Of a stretch of DNA of 64,000 nucleotides, positions 30,481 through 43,244 are shown piece after piece. Positions within the stretch are counted from its first letter, which is position 1; the number at the start of each line of letters is the position of its first letter. Source of the stretch: Felis catus. Its lineage: Eukaryota. Both the position numbers and the translations under genes were made by a program. Under the pieces are notes generated by a model that ran no database searches, was not told the origin of the DNA, and saw nothing but the letters and a program-made list of their open reading frames with translations. The stretch is taken from NCBI RefSeq assembly GCF_018350175.1, contig NC_058374.1, positions 82,460,001 to 82,524,000 on the forward strand, read 5' to 3'.

Positions 30481-33459
30481 CTTTCGAGCTGTCTAGTTGG
30501 AAGGGCCTGAGAAGGCATCTTAGTTGGGTAAGGGGCATTCTCTTCAGGGAAAGTGTCTATTATGAAAATAACTAGGGTGCTCTGAGTTGAGCTGAGAGGG
30601 ATTTGGGTTCATTGAGGGAGAACTGAGGCAAAGAAGGAAAGCTTTTCTAATCTAGAAGACTAGTTAGTTGGAGAAGTGGAAGCAGGGCCTGGTATCAGTT
30701 ATGGGAGCTTCTGGGAATGCTCATGGGTGGACTGGAGGATCTGGGTCTTGAAAGGACCCACTCTTTTGTTCCCCTTAGTGGTGAGTTGTGGTGACTCGAA
30801 GTTTTTTGGTACTCCCAGGGTAGCGAATGAAGACAAAAGTTAAAAAAAAAAAAAAAATTGTGACTGTTGGCTGTTCCAACTGTTCCCTACACTTTTCCTT
30901 GGCTTCAACTGGTTTAAGGTGCAGTCTGTGTTTCTTCTTACCAACCTCAGCTGGGTTAGGGTGCAATGCTGTCTAAGAAATAAGAAGTTGGATTTGGGGG
31001 GTGTTTGTTCTCACTTAATAATCTGATCTATGGTGGTTACAGTATCTCTGACCTAGAAGCAGGGGATCAGCGATTGTATTATCCGCCCTGGAAAGGGGCT
31101 TAAGAGATCCCCAGTCACAGATCTTCTGACCATAGTTGGTGAAACTTTTATGGGACTTCAACTTGGGTATTTCCCAGGCAGGTAATGGTTAGGTGGAACA
31201 AGCCTGGAAATATGAGGTGATATCACTGAGGAAGGGATTTGAGGAAGAGTGAGAAATTCCATTCCAGAAGGTTGGCATCACCCCTATTCTTTGTCTACTT
31301 CTTCAGGAGCCCAGGTAAAAGTTGGGTCAAACAGTGAGGCATATGAGGAACGGGTGAGTAGAGAAAAAGATGGATTACTAAGGCACAGGAATCACATTCT
31401 CTACCCCCCTCCCATATATTTTTAATGGTCTTCTGATCTCCTTAGTCCCCTATAGTTGGAGTTTATTGGATTTTCCCTTATACTTCCTCCTTTTACCCTC
31501 TTATACAAATGTATTTTATGATTATATTTCTTCTTAATTACATAAGTAATATGTACATATTTTTAAATACTCAGGCTGTACAGAAGTGTAAAAAGTGTAA
31601 ATCTTCACACACATACTTCGCTCATTTTATCCAGAAAGGTCAGAGATAAGAGACAACAGATCAGACTAATCTTACTTTGGGGGATGTGCCACCAAAGGCA
31701 ATTCTGTTTTCATGTTCCCACTAAACTCTGGTCTCTCATTCTTTCCAGTTTTCTCTTCTGGAATGATACTCTCTTATTTATTGTGCTCCTTTCACAGATC
31801 ATTTTGTCTTCTATCAAATTCACACAAGCAGAGAGCTATACTTTGGGTTATTCCTCCTCACCTTCTTAAAGCACAGAGCACCGCACCCCCCCCCCCCCCG
31901 TCCCCAGCATCCCCCAGTTGTGCATTAGGTATCCTAGGAAATGCCCAAATAGATGGCCAATACTTTTTTTATGGGCAGGAAAGAAGCATTGAGGTAAATC
32001 TTTTTGTTTGGGAGAATTATTGGCATCTTTGCTAAAGTGAGGAATTTGAGACCTCCGTCTTCTGGTTCATGGCCTCTGCGTGTTCAGACATTCATTGAAT
32101 ATCTTTTCATTAACCCAAAAGAAGACAGTGGCTCTCCTAAGGGGCCCCTGTATCTGTCTTTCTGTAGTGATGTGAGAAGCTCTCAGGTTTCTCTGGATTT
32201 GAAATTGGTTTTCCTCTAAACCTCAGTACAGCTAGGACATTTCATACTACCACCTTATTAATTGAATTTGTTCTTACTGGCTCTAGAAGCCCTCTAATGT
32301 GCCCAGCCTTTGTACAGTGCCCTCAGAAACTTCAATTATGTCCCCCAGGAGTTTTTCTTTTCCTTCTGCAAAGCCAGTCCTAGAGAAAATTGTGTGGATA
32401 TGTGTCTATGTCTGTGTTTTAATCCTCTACAGGCTTTGCCATTTTCTACATCCTGATGGTATCGTGTCCCTTTCTTCTAGACTTTTTTTTTTTTTTTTTG
32501 TCTTTTCCACCTTCTTCTTAATCCAAGTCTACCTTCAAGAAACAATCTGACACAGATCCAGAATTATAAAAATGTATTTGGAGAAGAGGGCTTTCCCATT
32601 GTCCTTCAAGTCATACCTCCTATCTTCTAACTCTCACCTTGCCCAGGAGCAAGGATTGCTTTTCTGTAGTTTGCTTGTTTGTATGCATTGATACGAATTT
32701 GACTTCTGAGGATATATAAGTTAGGAGAAGCAAGTGTGTAGGCTGCTCCCTAATCCTAAAGCATTTCAGATTGGAAAGTAACCAAAGTGTAAGACAGTAA
32801 ACTCAAAATAAGGAAATGCAACAGCCCTCAAGGAGGAAGGATACCTTAAAACCCTACACAGTACACTCCCACTTCCCAAGAGTGTTTTAGGAAAGAATTA
32901 GTCATTGAACAGTAACTGAGCTTAGTAAGGAGCCAACCAGGTGGGCAAAGTGTATGCAGATTTCTGAGCCAGGCTGTAGCTTTGGTTTAGGGGCAGTGGA
33001 TACCTTTTCAGAATGTCCTCTAACTCTGTGGTGGTGTGATGGTGGGTTTTTTTGTTTTTTGTTTTTTTAACTTGTGTTTCTCAAGTTCAGGAATTAATAG
33101 AGATAATGACCCAAAGTTTTTTTTAACACTTAACATTAACTGAAAACTCAGGGAACTTGTTTTAAGCCACAGTTGCTTCAGTGTTAAGGTGGGAGGGCCA
33201 CATATTGGGTGTGATTAGGCCATCTGAGCATAGTAACGGGTGACAGGAAAAGCAGTTAGCCCATGTGAGTTGCAACAGTACTTTGTGGGCTGGGTCTCAA
33301 GGGGGCCCTCCATCCAAGGGAGATCACAAAGAGGCCAGGGAGAGAACTGGTATTCTGAGGACTATTAAAAACATTCCCAAATGGAACTGAGTAAGAAGCT
33401 ATCCAGGTGGCACAAAAAGGGGAAGAATAGATGAAGGAGGAAAGCAGGACTGCTTTAGC

Positions 33460-33780
33460 CTTAATTAATTTAGAGAGCATTTAATGAACACCTACTAGGG
33501 ACCAGGCATTGTGCTGGAAAGTCAAGGTGACATAAAAAAAAATAGTAACGCTTTTTGAGAGGTTGATAGTTCAGCAGAACAAACACACACAATGAACTCA
33601 TATAATGTAATAAATGCTGTGATAGAAATACCATCGTAATTCTAGGGGACCCCAGAGGAAACTGATGAATTCTGCTGGGTGAGAAGGTGTCTCACAGAGA
33701 AGGTGACATTTAAGCTTGGCCTTAAAAGATAAATTACGGGTTTACTGGTCTCACAAAGTGGGGAAGGACATTCCAAATCT
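33460..33780 (-). mobile_element. L2 fragment in RAB5B intron 1
   Basis: CATTTAATGAACACCTACTAGGGACCAGGCATTGTGCT motif. Confidence 0.65.
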
Positions 33781-35668
33781 TTCCTAGGTCAATAGAGTTT
33801 GTACTACCATACTGATAAGAGATAAGTATGCTTTTTACCTCTTAGGGAAATGGAAGGGAGAGTGGGGGGAAGTGGAAGGACTCTCTCATTTAAGACAGTG
33901 ACTCATTAATTAACATTGGTCAACACAATGAAAGAGCCAAGTAGTAGAACTCTCAGTTCAAGATTTTAGTAATTTGGGGTCTAAAAGAAGTTGAGAGTTG
34001 AAGGTATTCACTGGCTTTTGTCCTATCTTCCCTAATCATTAAATCTCTTACATTAGTACCCAGCACACAGACCCTTGTAAAAGTTACCACTCTTTCCCTA
34101 TCATTTATTCCATTAAATTATTTCCATTTCAGCCTTCCTGGCAGAGTTGGTCAAGACCTTCTAGAGAGGCATGGTAATGAGTGAATTATTCTGTTAGAAG
34201 AATATAGAATTGGATTCTAGTTCTCAGGGAAGTCCTGGGTCTGTCTACCTGGTTTTAGTCCCAAAGGAAGTACTTATCTAAACTGAATAGAGGCAGAAAC
34301 TATCCAATCTAAGCTCTTGATCCAGTCCTGGTGCCCTCTTCAGGGTTCAATTCAGAGTTAGCATCTCCTGCTTCCTTAAGAGGTATAGTGGTATACTACT
34401 AGCAAGAGTACATGACTTGGAGTACTTACCAAAAGGAGATTTAGCTGTCTGTATGATAACACCTGGCAAGTTAATATTATTTGTGATAGCTGTCTGTATG
34501 GTAACACCTGGGAAGTTGATTAATATTATGTGCCTCAGTTACCTTACCTGTAAAATAAAGAGACTGGACTAGACCTCTAGACTACTGCCTCTTATCTGGC
34601 AAACTGACCTTATGGGACTGACATTTGAGTGTGGGCTAGACTCCAGTGGCAATGTATCTGGAAGTTAGTCTCTGTTAATAGGTGATAGTCTTCTAGAGGC
34701 TTCATAATGTGTTTGGCTCAGACACTCAAAGATACCAAGTGGAAGGGGGGCTGAAGAATAGAGTCTTGCTCTGCTGGAACCAGCAAACTGAGAAACCTTT
34801 CCTATGCATACTTTTCCTGAGCGTTTAGGGGAGCTTCCCAAACTAATGAACTGACCCCTTCATCCTCCACCTTCCCCTCCCCAGTGGGCTGATGCCATGG
34901 TCAAACCTCAGTCCTCCCTAGTTAATGGTCATTTGATAAACCATTTTTGTGGAGCTGCACTTCTAAGGGAAGTTAAATCTGATTTTTTCTCTCCCAGTCT
35001 GAAAGGGTTGAAGGGAAGAATAACTTCCTTGTCCTCCTTTTTTTGGCCTCAGGTTTGAAGGTAATCATCACACCACTTGGCTGGGTGGCAGTGGTTTATG
35101 TTTTGTCTTTGAACGGATCATTTGCCTACTGTCAACTCTTAGGAAAAAAAAAAGTCACCACTAGGAATCATTTGAATCTTATGTATATTATTTCACATCT
35201 GTACCCCTGATCTTTTGAGAGTCTAGCTATTGCATAAAAAACATAATAGCCTTATATACATGTTGGGGTTGAAGATCAAGGCACAGTGATGGGCAGCCCA
35301 TCAATTACTGTGAACAGGGAAGGTAAGACATATTATTGAGGTGACACATTGGGTAGGAGGTAGTTTTTTCTAACCCACTAGTTTCTAATCTGTGACAATC
35401 CAAGGTTGCTTAGTAGCAAGAAAGTTTGCTGATTTGTCTGTGGGGGTAACAAGGGTTTTGCAACCTGAATGTGCTTGTGACTGTTTCCTATCTCCACATT
35501 TCCCCTACTCCCTACTGCTATTTTCCCAGGCCTAGAGCCATGTGCCTATGAAAATTCAGTCCATTCTAACTCCCATGTTTTCTCCTTGTAAAGTAGTAAC
35601 ATTGAGGCTTAGTGTTCTGCCCCTTAGATCACATGCTTTGAAATAGTTGAAAATGTAAGCAAATAATT

Positions 35669-38600
35669 GGGGCACCTGGCTGGCTCAGCGGGTAGAGCAT
35701 GCAACTCTTGATCTTGGGATTGTGAGTTCAACCCATCTTGGATGTAGAGCTTACTTTAAGAAAGGAAGGAAGGAAGGAAGGAAGGAAGGAAGGAAGGAAG
35801 GAAGGAAAAGGAAAGAAAGAAAAGGTGAGCAAATAAGTCAAAGAATCTAGTAACTTTTCCTGTTGTGTCTTAAAGAATATAGCATATGTATGTCACCTAA
35901 AGGAAACTTGATCAGCTTATCATCTGTTTTTTCCTATTGTGTCATCTGTTTTCTGTTCTAAAGTGTAGAGTTATGATGGCCTATCTTTTCTTATGAAACA
36001 GTGTATATGAAGTGCCACATAAATATGTTTTTAAAAATCATTTCTCACAGATTCTGAGAAACTCTAAGGGAAAGAAATTNNNNNNNNNNNNNNNNNNNNN
36101 NNNNNNNNNNNNNNNNNNNNNNNNNNNNNNNNNNNNNNNNNNNNNNNNNNNNNNNNNNNNNNNNNNNNNNNNNNNNNNNNNNNNNNNNNNNNNNNNNNNN
36201 NNNNNNNAGGCTCCAGGCTCTGAGCTGTCAGCACAGAGCCTTGACACAGGGCTTGAACCCATGAACCATGAGATCATGACCTGAGCCGAAATTGGATGCT
36301 TAACTGACTAAGCCACCCAGACACCCCAGGAATTTCTTAAATGTACCCAGAACTTTGGAAATGAATTCAAATTTCACTATTTACTACTTTTTCCAACCCC
36401 CTCCCTCCCCAAAGATCCTTATAGATAAGGAAGCCAGGGCTCAGAAAGGCAAAGGGAGTAGCGTAAGATCACAGTAGATTTTAACTGGCAAAGCAGAGTG
36501 TAAAACCCAACCTTGCTTGATTCCAAAGCCGTTACCAGCACTACACGGGACTGCCCCTGTCTAATTTGACTCCCCATTTTCATAATTGTGTCATAACTTC
36601 AGTAGCAGGGTTGAAGAATCCTCTGACCCCTGGAGAGCTATAGTCAGCCCTCATCTTAATTTCATCTAGAAGTTTTATAACAGTAACCATAACCTATAGG
36701 CTGGCAAGAGACTAGACTTCCTCCCATCCTTATTAACCCCTCCTTCCTTGTCAGGCCTCTCCAGAGCAGTTTTTTAAACTTTTTTTTTTTAATCATGACT
36801 CCTAATAAAACAAAACATTTTACATCATAATTCAATGTGTGTACATAAAGTGAAACATTTTCACAAAATGATTCTTATTTGCAACATACTTATTTTTTTC
36901 TTTAAAAAAATTTTTTTTTAACATTTATTTATTTATTTTGAGAGAGAGAGGAGAAAGAGAATCCCAAGCAGCCTCCACACTGTTAGCACAGAGTCTGACA
37001 TGGATGGGGCTTAAACTCTTAAACCACGAAGTCACGACCTGAGGCAAAATCAAGAGTCAGATGCTCAACCAACTGAACCACCCAAGCACTCCCCCCCCCC
37101 TTTTTTTTAATATACTGATCATGATCCACAAGTGATTTCAAGGTCATTATTGGTTTACAACCCCCAGTTTGAAAAAGAGCTAAAGCATTGTGACTAGTGG
37201 CTAAGAACCTAATTAATACCGATTCTTGCAGTACTGGATCCCAGAATTTAGGATTTTGTGGACCAATTAATTTAAATTTGAGGGTTTTTGTTTTCCCACA
37301 TACTGGTATTTAGAAGTCTTACTATTGCCAATCAACACCATTATATTTTTAAAGCATTAAAACAGTTATTTAGAAAGCTTTAAAAAAATGCTTCCTAAAA
37401 ATATAATTAAAAAATATATATTTCCTCTTAAAAAAAAAAAATTTGGTAGAATGAAAAACTCTTAAGTCCTTCACATAACACCCTCCTCAATCCTACTCTC
37501 CTCAGAGAGAGTTAACAAAATTGTTAACAAATTTGTATGCATTCTTCCAAAATGTTTTATATGCAGAATTTTGTTTTACATATGTAGGATCCAACCATGT
37601 GTTTTGTACTACAACTTTTTAACAATAGGTGTTAGAGGTTTTTCTATATAATACATATTTACCTTTGAGAGGAAATTGATACTAAGAAAGTAAGAAGTTA
37701 GAAGTCTTGTTACAGAGAATATTCTTTTAAATTGAATAAATTTAGCTTTATGAAAAACTTGCTATATCGTCTTTATTTTTACCATTTCCTCATGAACCAC
37801 TGAAAACACCACAAAATAGCCTGTGTGTATCTGGATTCGTAGGACTCACTGGCCTGGGGAATATAAAATACCCAGTAGAATCAGAGTAATTTCTTACATT
37901 CCTCTGTCTTAATCTAGCCTACTTTGGGACTTTTTGGAGTTCTCATTGATCTTTTCTGTAAATCAGGGCCACTAAATAATACTTTTTTTCCTCAAGTTTA
38001 TTTATTTTGAGAGAGAGAGTGCGAACAGAAGAGGGGCAGAAAGCCGGGGGGGGGGGGGGTCGATTTCATGACTGAGATCACGACCTGAGCCAAAACCAGG
38101 AGTTGGATGCTTAACCGACAGAGCTGCCCAGACTCCCCAACAATACTTATTTTTTAGCACTATGCTAAATATATCTTTTCCTTAACCTTTATTTCTACTC
38201 TGTGAGTTAGGTGTTTTTTCCATTTTATAAAGGTGGAAGGAAAGGCTCAGAGAAATTTCTTGATGTCGTTAATAATGAGGAGTGCCTGGATGGCTCAGTC
38301 GGTTAAGCATCCAACTCTTGATTTCAGCTCAGGTCATTATCTCGGGGTCCAGAGATAGAATGTCAAGCTTTTGCTCCACACTGGGTGTGAAGCCTGCTTG
38401 AGATTCTTTCTCCTCTCTCCCTCCCCAGCTCACACATGCACACTCAAACAAAATGATTAGTGGTTTAATATTCATGAAGCACTTTTTGCCGCATATTTAT
38501 TTTTTAAGTTTATTCATTTTGAGAGAGAGAACATGCGCATGCTGGGGAGGGGCAGAGAAAGAGGGAGAAAGAATCCCAAGCAGGATCCACACTGAGCATG

Positions 38601-38698
38601 GAGCCCAAGGCAGGGCTCAATCTCACGACCATGAGATGATGACCTGAGCTGAAATCAAAGAGTCAGAAGTTTAACCAACTGAGCCACCCAGATGCCCC
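35669..38698. mobile_element. CanSINE cluster in RAB5B intron 1: 35669-35760(+), 36208-36327(-, partly in gap), 36893-37093(-), 37983-38137(-), 38278-38452(+), 38490-38698(-)
   Basis: tRNA-derived heads and A/T tails; boundaries approximate. Confidence 0.8.
35764..35807 (+). repeat. (GGAA)11 microsatellite
   Basis: Eleven perfect GGAA units forming the tail of the 35669 SINE. Confidence 0.95.
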
Positions 38699-40343
38699 TG
38701 TCAATACTTATTTGTGTTATCTCAGTCCTCACAACAGCTTTATGCAGCCCATAAACTATTATCCCATTTTACAGATGAAAGAAATGCACAGATGGATTTA
38801 GTAATCTGCCCAAAGCTTCACAGGTAGTAAGCAAAACTGTAAAATAAACCCAGTGAATTAGACTTCATAGTCTTTGTTCCTCTGCACTGCCTCCTGTATA
38901 ATTTTTCTCTTTACTATCTTTATTCTATCTTTACTAGAATTACAGATTGTTAACGCTGATTTGACTCCAAAGCATCTTGCTATAGTGACAAAATAATGTT
39001 TCCCCACGTGCCATAAAGTATGTTTATGGAGTTATTAGAATCAGCCTTGGAGAACAGAAAGATTAATTTGAACAAAGTACAACCAAAGTAATGCTTAGGT
39101 TTTGGACAGAAGTTTTGCATATTCTAATCATGATAACACCTTTGAATCTTATAGTTCCTTTCCCCTCAGAATCAGAATGATGAAGTATATTCAGGTTTGG
39201 ATGATTAGACTCTCAGAAGTCTCCACTTCTGTCTCTGTCTCCTCTTCTACCACCAGCTTTCCAAGCTCCTTGGGAGGTTTAAAAAAAAAAAAAAAAAAAG
39301 GTGGTTCAGTTTCTTTTCATCAAATGTTTATCGCTTGAAAACTTATCCCTGCATCATCCTCTGGAGACTCCTGCTTGTGTCAAAAGGTACACCTTTCTCT
39401 GCTTCAAATTTGGAGGGCTACAGCTGTTAGGCCCATTTAGTGTGGAGAGTAATCTAATCCCTAGGCACCAGGAAGACAGCTGCAAGTTGAGAGGTTAAGC
39501 CTACTGATTCTTAGACATGGTAGATTCTCAGACTCAGAGAGGTGGCAGGAGCAAAAAGAAAGTTGATGCTGAATGTGGTTTGTTAGTTGTCTATGGTCTA
39601 TTTCTCTACTCACCTTTGACCAGAAATGTTAAAGGACAGATTTTTCTGGCAAATGGACCCTGGTTAGAGTTTCAGAAACATCAAGAAGACTGGTTGTGTA
39701 TGAAGGATATGGGCCCAGAAGCTACCCCTCTGCTCCTAGGGAGGGGTGACTCATCCCACACCCCTAGAGTGCATCTCTCATTTTGAAAGCTAGAAAAAAG
39801 ATGGGGGTGAGGGGAAGGACAGCACCAGGGATACCAAGGAGATAACTGGGGGTCTACGGTACTTGTGGGTAGATTTGGGTGTTCTTCGGGCCAACTAAAA
39901 ATTGATCAATTTGCTATTTGAAGATCTGGTGGAAAAGTAATGGGAAATAAACTTGCTTCATACCATTTTCAGTCTCTCCATTTCAGCTCCCTTAGCAGTT
40001 GGAGATTATGTAGTAGGGCAGACTCCACTTCCGATGCAATTTTTATTTTATTGTTCCGCATTCTTACCACTGAGTGTCAGCTACCTGGGACCCTCTCCGT
40101 GGGGTTGATGGGGTTAATGGGGTTGATTTTAATTATTAAGTCCTCATAGGAGCAAAGAAATTAGGAGATTTATCTTTTCTCTAAAACTGATTGCAGCAGC
40201 AATGGCCCGGTGTTTAATTTTACCCACTTTTTTTTTCTTGCAGGACTGTTGAAGCCTGAAGTCCCCTCCCCTTCCCCCTTCCCCCTTTGCCGCTTTGTGG
40301 CATCCCCCCTCCCTCCACCCTTTCCCATTCGGATAATCTAGCC

Positions 40344-43244
40344 ATGACTAGCAGAAGCACAGCCAGGCCCAATGGGCAGCCCCAGGCCAGCAAAATATGC
40401 CAGTTCAAATTGGTCCTGCTGGGTGAATCTGCAGTGGGGAAGTCTAGTCTGGTATTACGTTTTGTCAAAGGGCAGTTTCATGAGTACCAAGAGAGCACCA
40501 TTGGAGGTGAGTACCTCAGGGAAAGAGGAGGTTCAGCGTTAGTGAGGCTTTTTGAAGGGAGATCTAGAGACCTGATTGTGGAGCTGGCCTTTTTAGCTCT
40601 CTGGAACAGAAATCCTTTATAAAACAGAAGAAAAAAAAATTGTCATAATGCCAAAAAATAGATATGTTTGTCCTCTTGCTTTCTAGAAGAAAATTAGAAA
40701 GGTTGACCTTTGCACACCAAGAAAATCACTAATTTTTTTTTAATCTGTTTGTCTTCTTCCTCTCACTTTCCTCTTAATCCAATTGAAGTTTAGTTGAGTG
40801 TCATCTTGAGCAGGGTTGGCTTAAAGCAGTGATTCATAATCAAAAGTGTACATCAGAATCACCTGGGGAACATTTTTATCCTGTCATGCTTGGGCCCTGC
40901 CCTAGATGTACTGATCAGTATGGGAAGTAGGGTGAATTTGGTGGAGGTGTAGACATGTATGTTTGGAAAAGCTCTGTAGAAGAGGCTGGAACTAAATATA
41001 AAAGATAAAAGACATCTGCCTTTCCCACCTTTGCTACCGTCTCCCTTCTACTACTCCCTAGGGCGGTAATTCAGTAAAAGATCTTTTATGAGAACTCCCA
41101 TGTTACACCTTCCCTACTTTTACTAGTAACCTTGGAAATGCAGTGTTCTTGGACCAGCAGAAGATTATATAAAAAAATAGCCAAATTTATTGCTAATAGT
41201 GGGATCTGTCATCAGTCTTTAAAATCTTCTAATTAATTATTGATGTGACCTTTGAAACTTATTTTCTGTCACTATCCCTTATTCCTCTATTTTGGTTAGA
41301 AGAGAGATAAGTGTCAGCTCCTCTCTCTAACATTCATAGCTTATGTGCCCCCACTACTTAGAGGAACTTCTGGCAGGAAGGACTTAGCCAAGGGCAGTCT
41401 TAATCCTGGTTCTAAGACCTATACATAAGGAGAGGAACTCTAAACCTTTTCCTTAGCTGAATGACCTGGTTGGTAACTGGTCTTAGACTGAGAATGGAGA
41501 TATTATGAAGGGGGCTGGGATTTTCCCATTGATACTCCTACTTACAACTTCTTCCCCTCCATTCTCTCATCCACAGCGGCCTTCCTCACCCAGTCTGTTT
41601 GTCTAGATGACACAACAGTCAAGTTTGAGATTTGGGACACAGCTGGGCAGGAGCGATACCATAGCTTGGCCCCCATGTACTACAGAGGTGCCCAAGCTGC
41701 CATTGTGGTTTATGACATTACTAATCAGGTAAGTGGGCTGTGAAGTTTCTTGCTTTTATTAATAGGAATTAAATTAGGTGGGGAAGAAAAAACAAGTTCT
41801 TGAAATGGCAAAATAAAATAAGAGTATAAATTCTACCCCCAAGTGCTGGTAAGACAGAGGTAATGACACAAGTGGTTTCAGTGAGGGAAGGTTGCCTAGA
41901 AGAGGTGAGTTTTGAGACAGGGTTTTGAAGGTGATGGGCCTGGGGCACCTGGCTGGCTCAGTCGGTGGAGCATGTGACTCTTGATCTTGGGCTTGTGGGT
42001 TCAAGCCCCACGTTGGGTGTAGAAATTACTTAATAAAATCTTAAGTTAAAAAAAAAGAAGGTGATGGGCCTAGATTGGCAGTCATTCTAGCCTACCTTCT
42101 CTTCCTCATGTTTTCCTAGGAAACCTTCGCCCGGGCGAAGACATGGGTAAAGGAACTACAGCGACAGGCCAGTCCTAGCATCGTTATTGCCCTGGCAGGG
42201 AACAAAGCTGACCTGGCCAATAAGCGCATGGTGGAGTATGAAGTAAGTTGGCCCATAGAATCCCTCTGTAACACACTCCCTCTGTACTTGGGATCTTTAG
42301 TCCCCAAACCTGCCCTCTCTGAAAACCTCATCTGAGGACATTTATCATCTCCATTCCCCAGTTCCACACCAGGCTAAATACAACAATACTGTGACCCTAA
42401 TGACAGCCAGGAGATTTTAGAGGAGTCAGAAAAAAACTTCAGAGCAGAGGGGTAGGGGAGTACCAGCTATAGGGGTATCAATGTGAAAACAGGAAAGAGA
42501 GAGCAGGTGAATTTGAGGTAAGGGACTATTCAAGTGTCACAACCTAAAAGCCCCCAACCAATTTACCTTCTCCCTCATTATCAAGATTCCTGATATCTGC
42601 TTGTTGGATTAAATGGTCTAGACCATGAGTTATCCTTGAGGAAGTCGTCCAAAATATGAGTCCAGAGCCAGCTGGCTCAGAGGGCAATTAAACCTAGGAT
42701 ACTACCTAGTTCTGGTGCTACATGGAAGTGGAAAGACAGTACTTGTTCCTGTCTTACATTCTGAGTACCAGTATACCCACCCCTTGCAGGAGGCCCAGGC
42801 GTATGCAGATGACAACAGCTTATTGTTTATGGAGACTTCAGCCAAGACAGCTATGAACGTGAACGATCTCTTCCTGGCAATAGGTAAGGTCAGAACAGCC
42901 TGGGGTCTTCCTGTCTTTTTGCCTTGCCTCTTGGCAAGATCACTAGCCCAAGTCGTAAAGACAGAGGGGAGTGTCTCCTGCTGTGAAAACTAGGTATGGA
43001 AATAACTTTCCATTATGACTTCCATCCTTTGGCTACAGCTTTAGCCCCCATCCTCCCACATCTTTAATGTAGTTTACAAAAGTGAACCTTCCCCTCTTCA
43101 AAACATTCTTTTAATCTCTCACATTTCCCCTTTCCCCATATCACTCCCCCACCCAATAGTCTTTTTGGAGAGATGAGTAAAATCTACCATACTTTTTTCC
43201 CTTCTCTTTTTATCTCTAGCTAAGAAGCTGCCAAAGAGTGAACC
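40344..43244 (+). CDS. RAB5B: Ras-related protein Rab-5B, 3' end lost in gap
   Basis: Exons 40344-40506 (exon starts 40244; [30 protein letters not shown]), 41577-41728 (WDTAGQE), 42120-42242 (NKAD), 42790-42883 (ETSAK), 43220-43244+ (AKKLPKSEP, then N). Stop codon and prenylation motif fall in the 43245-43384 gap. Confidence 0.95.
40823..40985. mobile_element. MER5A-like hAT-Charlie MITE
   Basis: CAGTGATTC..TACATCAGAATCACCTGGGG signature. Confidence 0.6.
41942..42056 (+). mobile_element. Short CanSINE with 15-bp TSD
   Basis: GAAGGTGATGGGCCT at 41927-41941 and 42057-42071. Confidence 0.9.

Noticed and set aside
29732-30518. ORFs spanning the RAB5B island, and similarly 43119-43612 and 45513-46104
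   Set aside because: Inflated by N-runs and GC content.
40244-40343. N-terminally extended RAB5B from the TTG at 40287
   Set aside because: Non-AUG start without support, and an in-frame TGA at 40257-40259 limits any extension; the canonical ATG is at 40344.
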